A stretch of DNA of 64,000 bases from Lama guanicoe. Lineage: Eukaryota. Positions 62,318 to 64,000 of the stretch are shown piece after piece. The position numbers were made by a program, and so were the translations under genes. The notes beneath the pieces are model-generated. The model saw only the letters and a list, made by a program, of their open reading frames with translations, searched no databases and was not told the origin of the DNA. Where the stretch lies: NCBI GenBank assembly GCA_013239625.1, contig MU053559.1, positions 2,400,324-2,464,323 of the forward strand, given 5' to 3'. Every line of letters starts with the position of its first letter. Positions within the stretch are counted from its first letter, which is position 1.

Positions 62318-62411
62318 GGGTTGGGGCTGAGTATTGCTCAGCTGTAGAGTGTGTGCTTAGCATGCATGAGGTCCTGGGTTCAATCCCCAGTACCTCCATT
62401 AAAAAAATTTT
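62318..62411 (+). mobile_element. tRNA-Ala(AGC)-derived camelid SINE, short form
   Basis: gtgtgcttagcatgcatgaggtcctgggttcaatccccagtacctcca; TSD tttaaagaatacct at 62304-62317 and 62412-62425. Confidence 0.9.
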
Positions 62412-63149
62412 TTTAAAGAATACCTACGTTTTTAGGATAGCAATTCCTGTCTCCCAGCAATGCATTGTGCACTGATCCTAGAAATGGTTCCTTTAGCCCT
62501 CACCTTTAGGGGCAAAATATGAACTGAAAAAAGTATTGCCTTCTCCATTACATCAGTATACATTTATCCAATCTGTGTGCAATGGAGAGACAGCAGTACT
62601 AAGCAGAGGCAATAAAAATCCAGTGTTCAAAATCCTTGATCACGTGTAGAAAGGAGGGAACCACAAGATGAGCCGAAAATGGGTCACTCACATGCTAGGA
62701 GCAACTTCTCCCTCCAGGTTTTTGTCCCTGATCTCCTCTCCCCTGTCCTATTCCTGTGGAGGCAGGAGTTCTGTGTGTGTACTCACACGTGTATGTTTAC
62801 ATGTGTGTGTATTGTACCCCTCTGTCCCCAACAAAGCCTGTCTAAAACCAGTCATGCCAATCTGCAGGGGACATAGTCTCAAAGCCCTTCATTTTTAAAT
62901 AGAAGGTGGTTGACAATAATATTCTTTTTGGGCTCAGGATCTCCTAAGCTCTCTCAGTTTTAACAGTGATCAGAGCAGAACAACAACCCCTAGTGGTTGC
63001 AGAAGTCTGAAAAGACACGTGAATGGACTTACGTTTGACCCCATCCCAGTCCCCTGGCCCCAGTGTCTTTGGCTACGAGGGCTTAAGAAGATAGTAGAGA
63101 ACTTCACAATGTTATAGCACATTCGTACTCTGATGTGACTTTCCCAGGC

Positions 63150-63300
63150 ACCATATGAGATGAGGTTGGGTGCGCAGTAACCCCATTTCACAACTGAGAC
63201 AGCTAAGGCTTTGAGAAGATAAGGTGACTTACCTAAAGTCACCCAGCTGGTTAGTAGCTGAGCTGACTACAGGACCCCATAGTTTCTCCAAGTGCCTAAT
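63150..63300 (-). mobile_element. MIR SINE
   Basis: ccccatttcacaactgagacagctaaggct...aggtgacttacctaaagtcacccagctggttagt. Confidence 0.75.
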
Positions 63301-64000
63301 TTCAGGGTCCTAGAAGCAAGGTATTGACCAAAGTCAAGGTCTCAAAATCGATTGATTTGTTCCAAGGCCACCAGACATGACCTAAGATGCAGCTGTTGGT
63401 ATGAAAGTAACAGAGGACCCCATGATCATCTTTCCTGGGCTATGCCTGCCATTTCCACAACTACAGAAGAACATCCCGGGAGGACCATCTCAATGCTTCT
63501 CCAAAACTGGCTCTTGGCATTTCTAGACTTTTTCAGCAAAGAAAACTTTAGTTATTATCACTTAGAATTGAGGAAGAAATAGAGACTCTGATCACCACCA
63601 TGTGGCATGTTCACAGATTGTGTGGGGGCCTTTGGGAAAAGCATACCTGCTAAGCTTTGATAGAGCAATAAACAGAAGGCTCAAACTGTGCTCTACAATC
63701 TCTCTGCGGGATATGACCTGTAATCTTCATTATAAAAAGAGAGAACATTGTTTTTTTCTGCCTTTCAATAGGTAATTCACTCAAAGAGATTGTGGATAAA
63801 AATGTCCTGTGCTTTTGAAATTCACAATCTGCTGGACAATAGTCTCCCGGTGCTTATGAACACCAGAGTGAAAACAAGCTGTCCTTGGACCTCCCCCTAC
63901 TGCCCTCTCCTCTCCCCAACACCTCCCTGCCTCCCCCGAGTGTCCTTCCCCCGCCTCCAGCCCCCAAGGCTGCTTTTGTGTTAACCTCCCATTGCCTTCA

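Noticed and set aside
1..64000. CRISPR array, operon or other prokaryote-type system
   Set aside because: There are no regularly spaced repeats with unique spacers and no gene-dense organisation. The sequence is eutherian, repeat-rich DNA.

Overview
This is repeat-rich, non-coding mammalian genomic DNA, most likely from a camelid (alpaca, llama or camel). The evidence is four tRNA-Ala(AGC)-derived SINEs of the Vic-1 type and an age series of lineage-specific L1 3' ends; repeat family names were recognised by eye, not by database search. I can support no host protein-coding exon. The recognisable ORFs are LINE-1 ORF2 remnants or their antisense shadows, and the rest are short with no recognisable product. 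The window holds young and old L1s, L2, MIR, MaLR/ERVL solo LTRs and hAT DNA-transposon fossils. I did not find a new multi-gene system. The most notable structures are: (1) a gapless 149-bp inverted duplication (22126-22274 / 23371-23519) whose 7 core mismatches are all G-U compatible on the minus strand; (2) a ~90-bp micro-inversion between two opposed L1 3' ends, shown by swapped TSDs; (3) a very young L1 with an uninterrupted ORF2 C-terminus whose stop codon has been deleted; (4) a twin-primed L1; (5) a duplicated 3'-transduction tag; and (6) an L1-patched rearrangement junction at ~19.6-19.8 kb.
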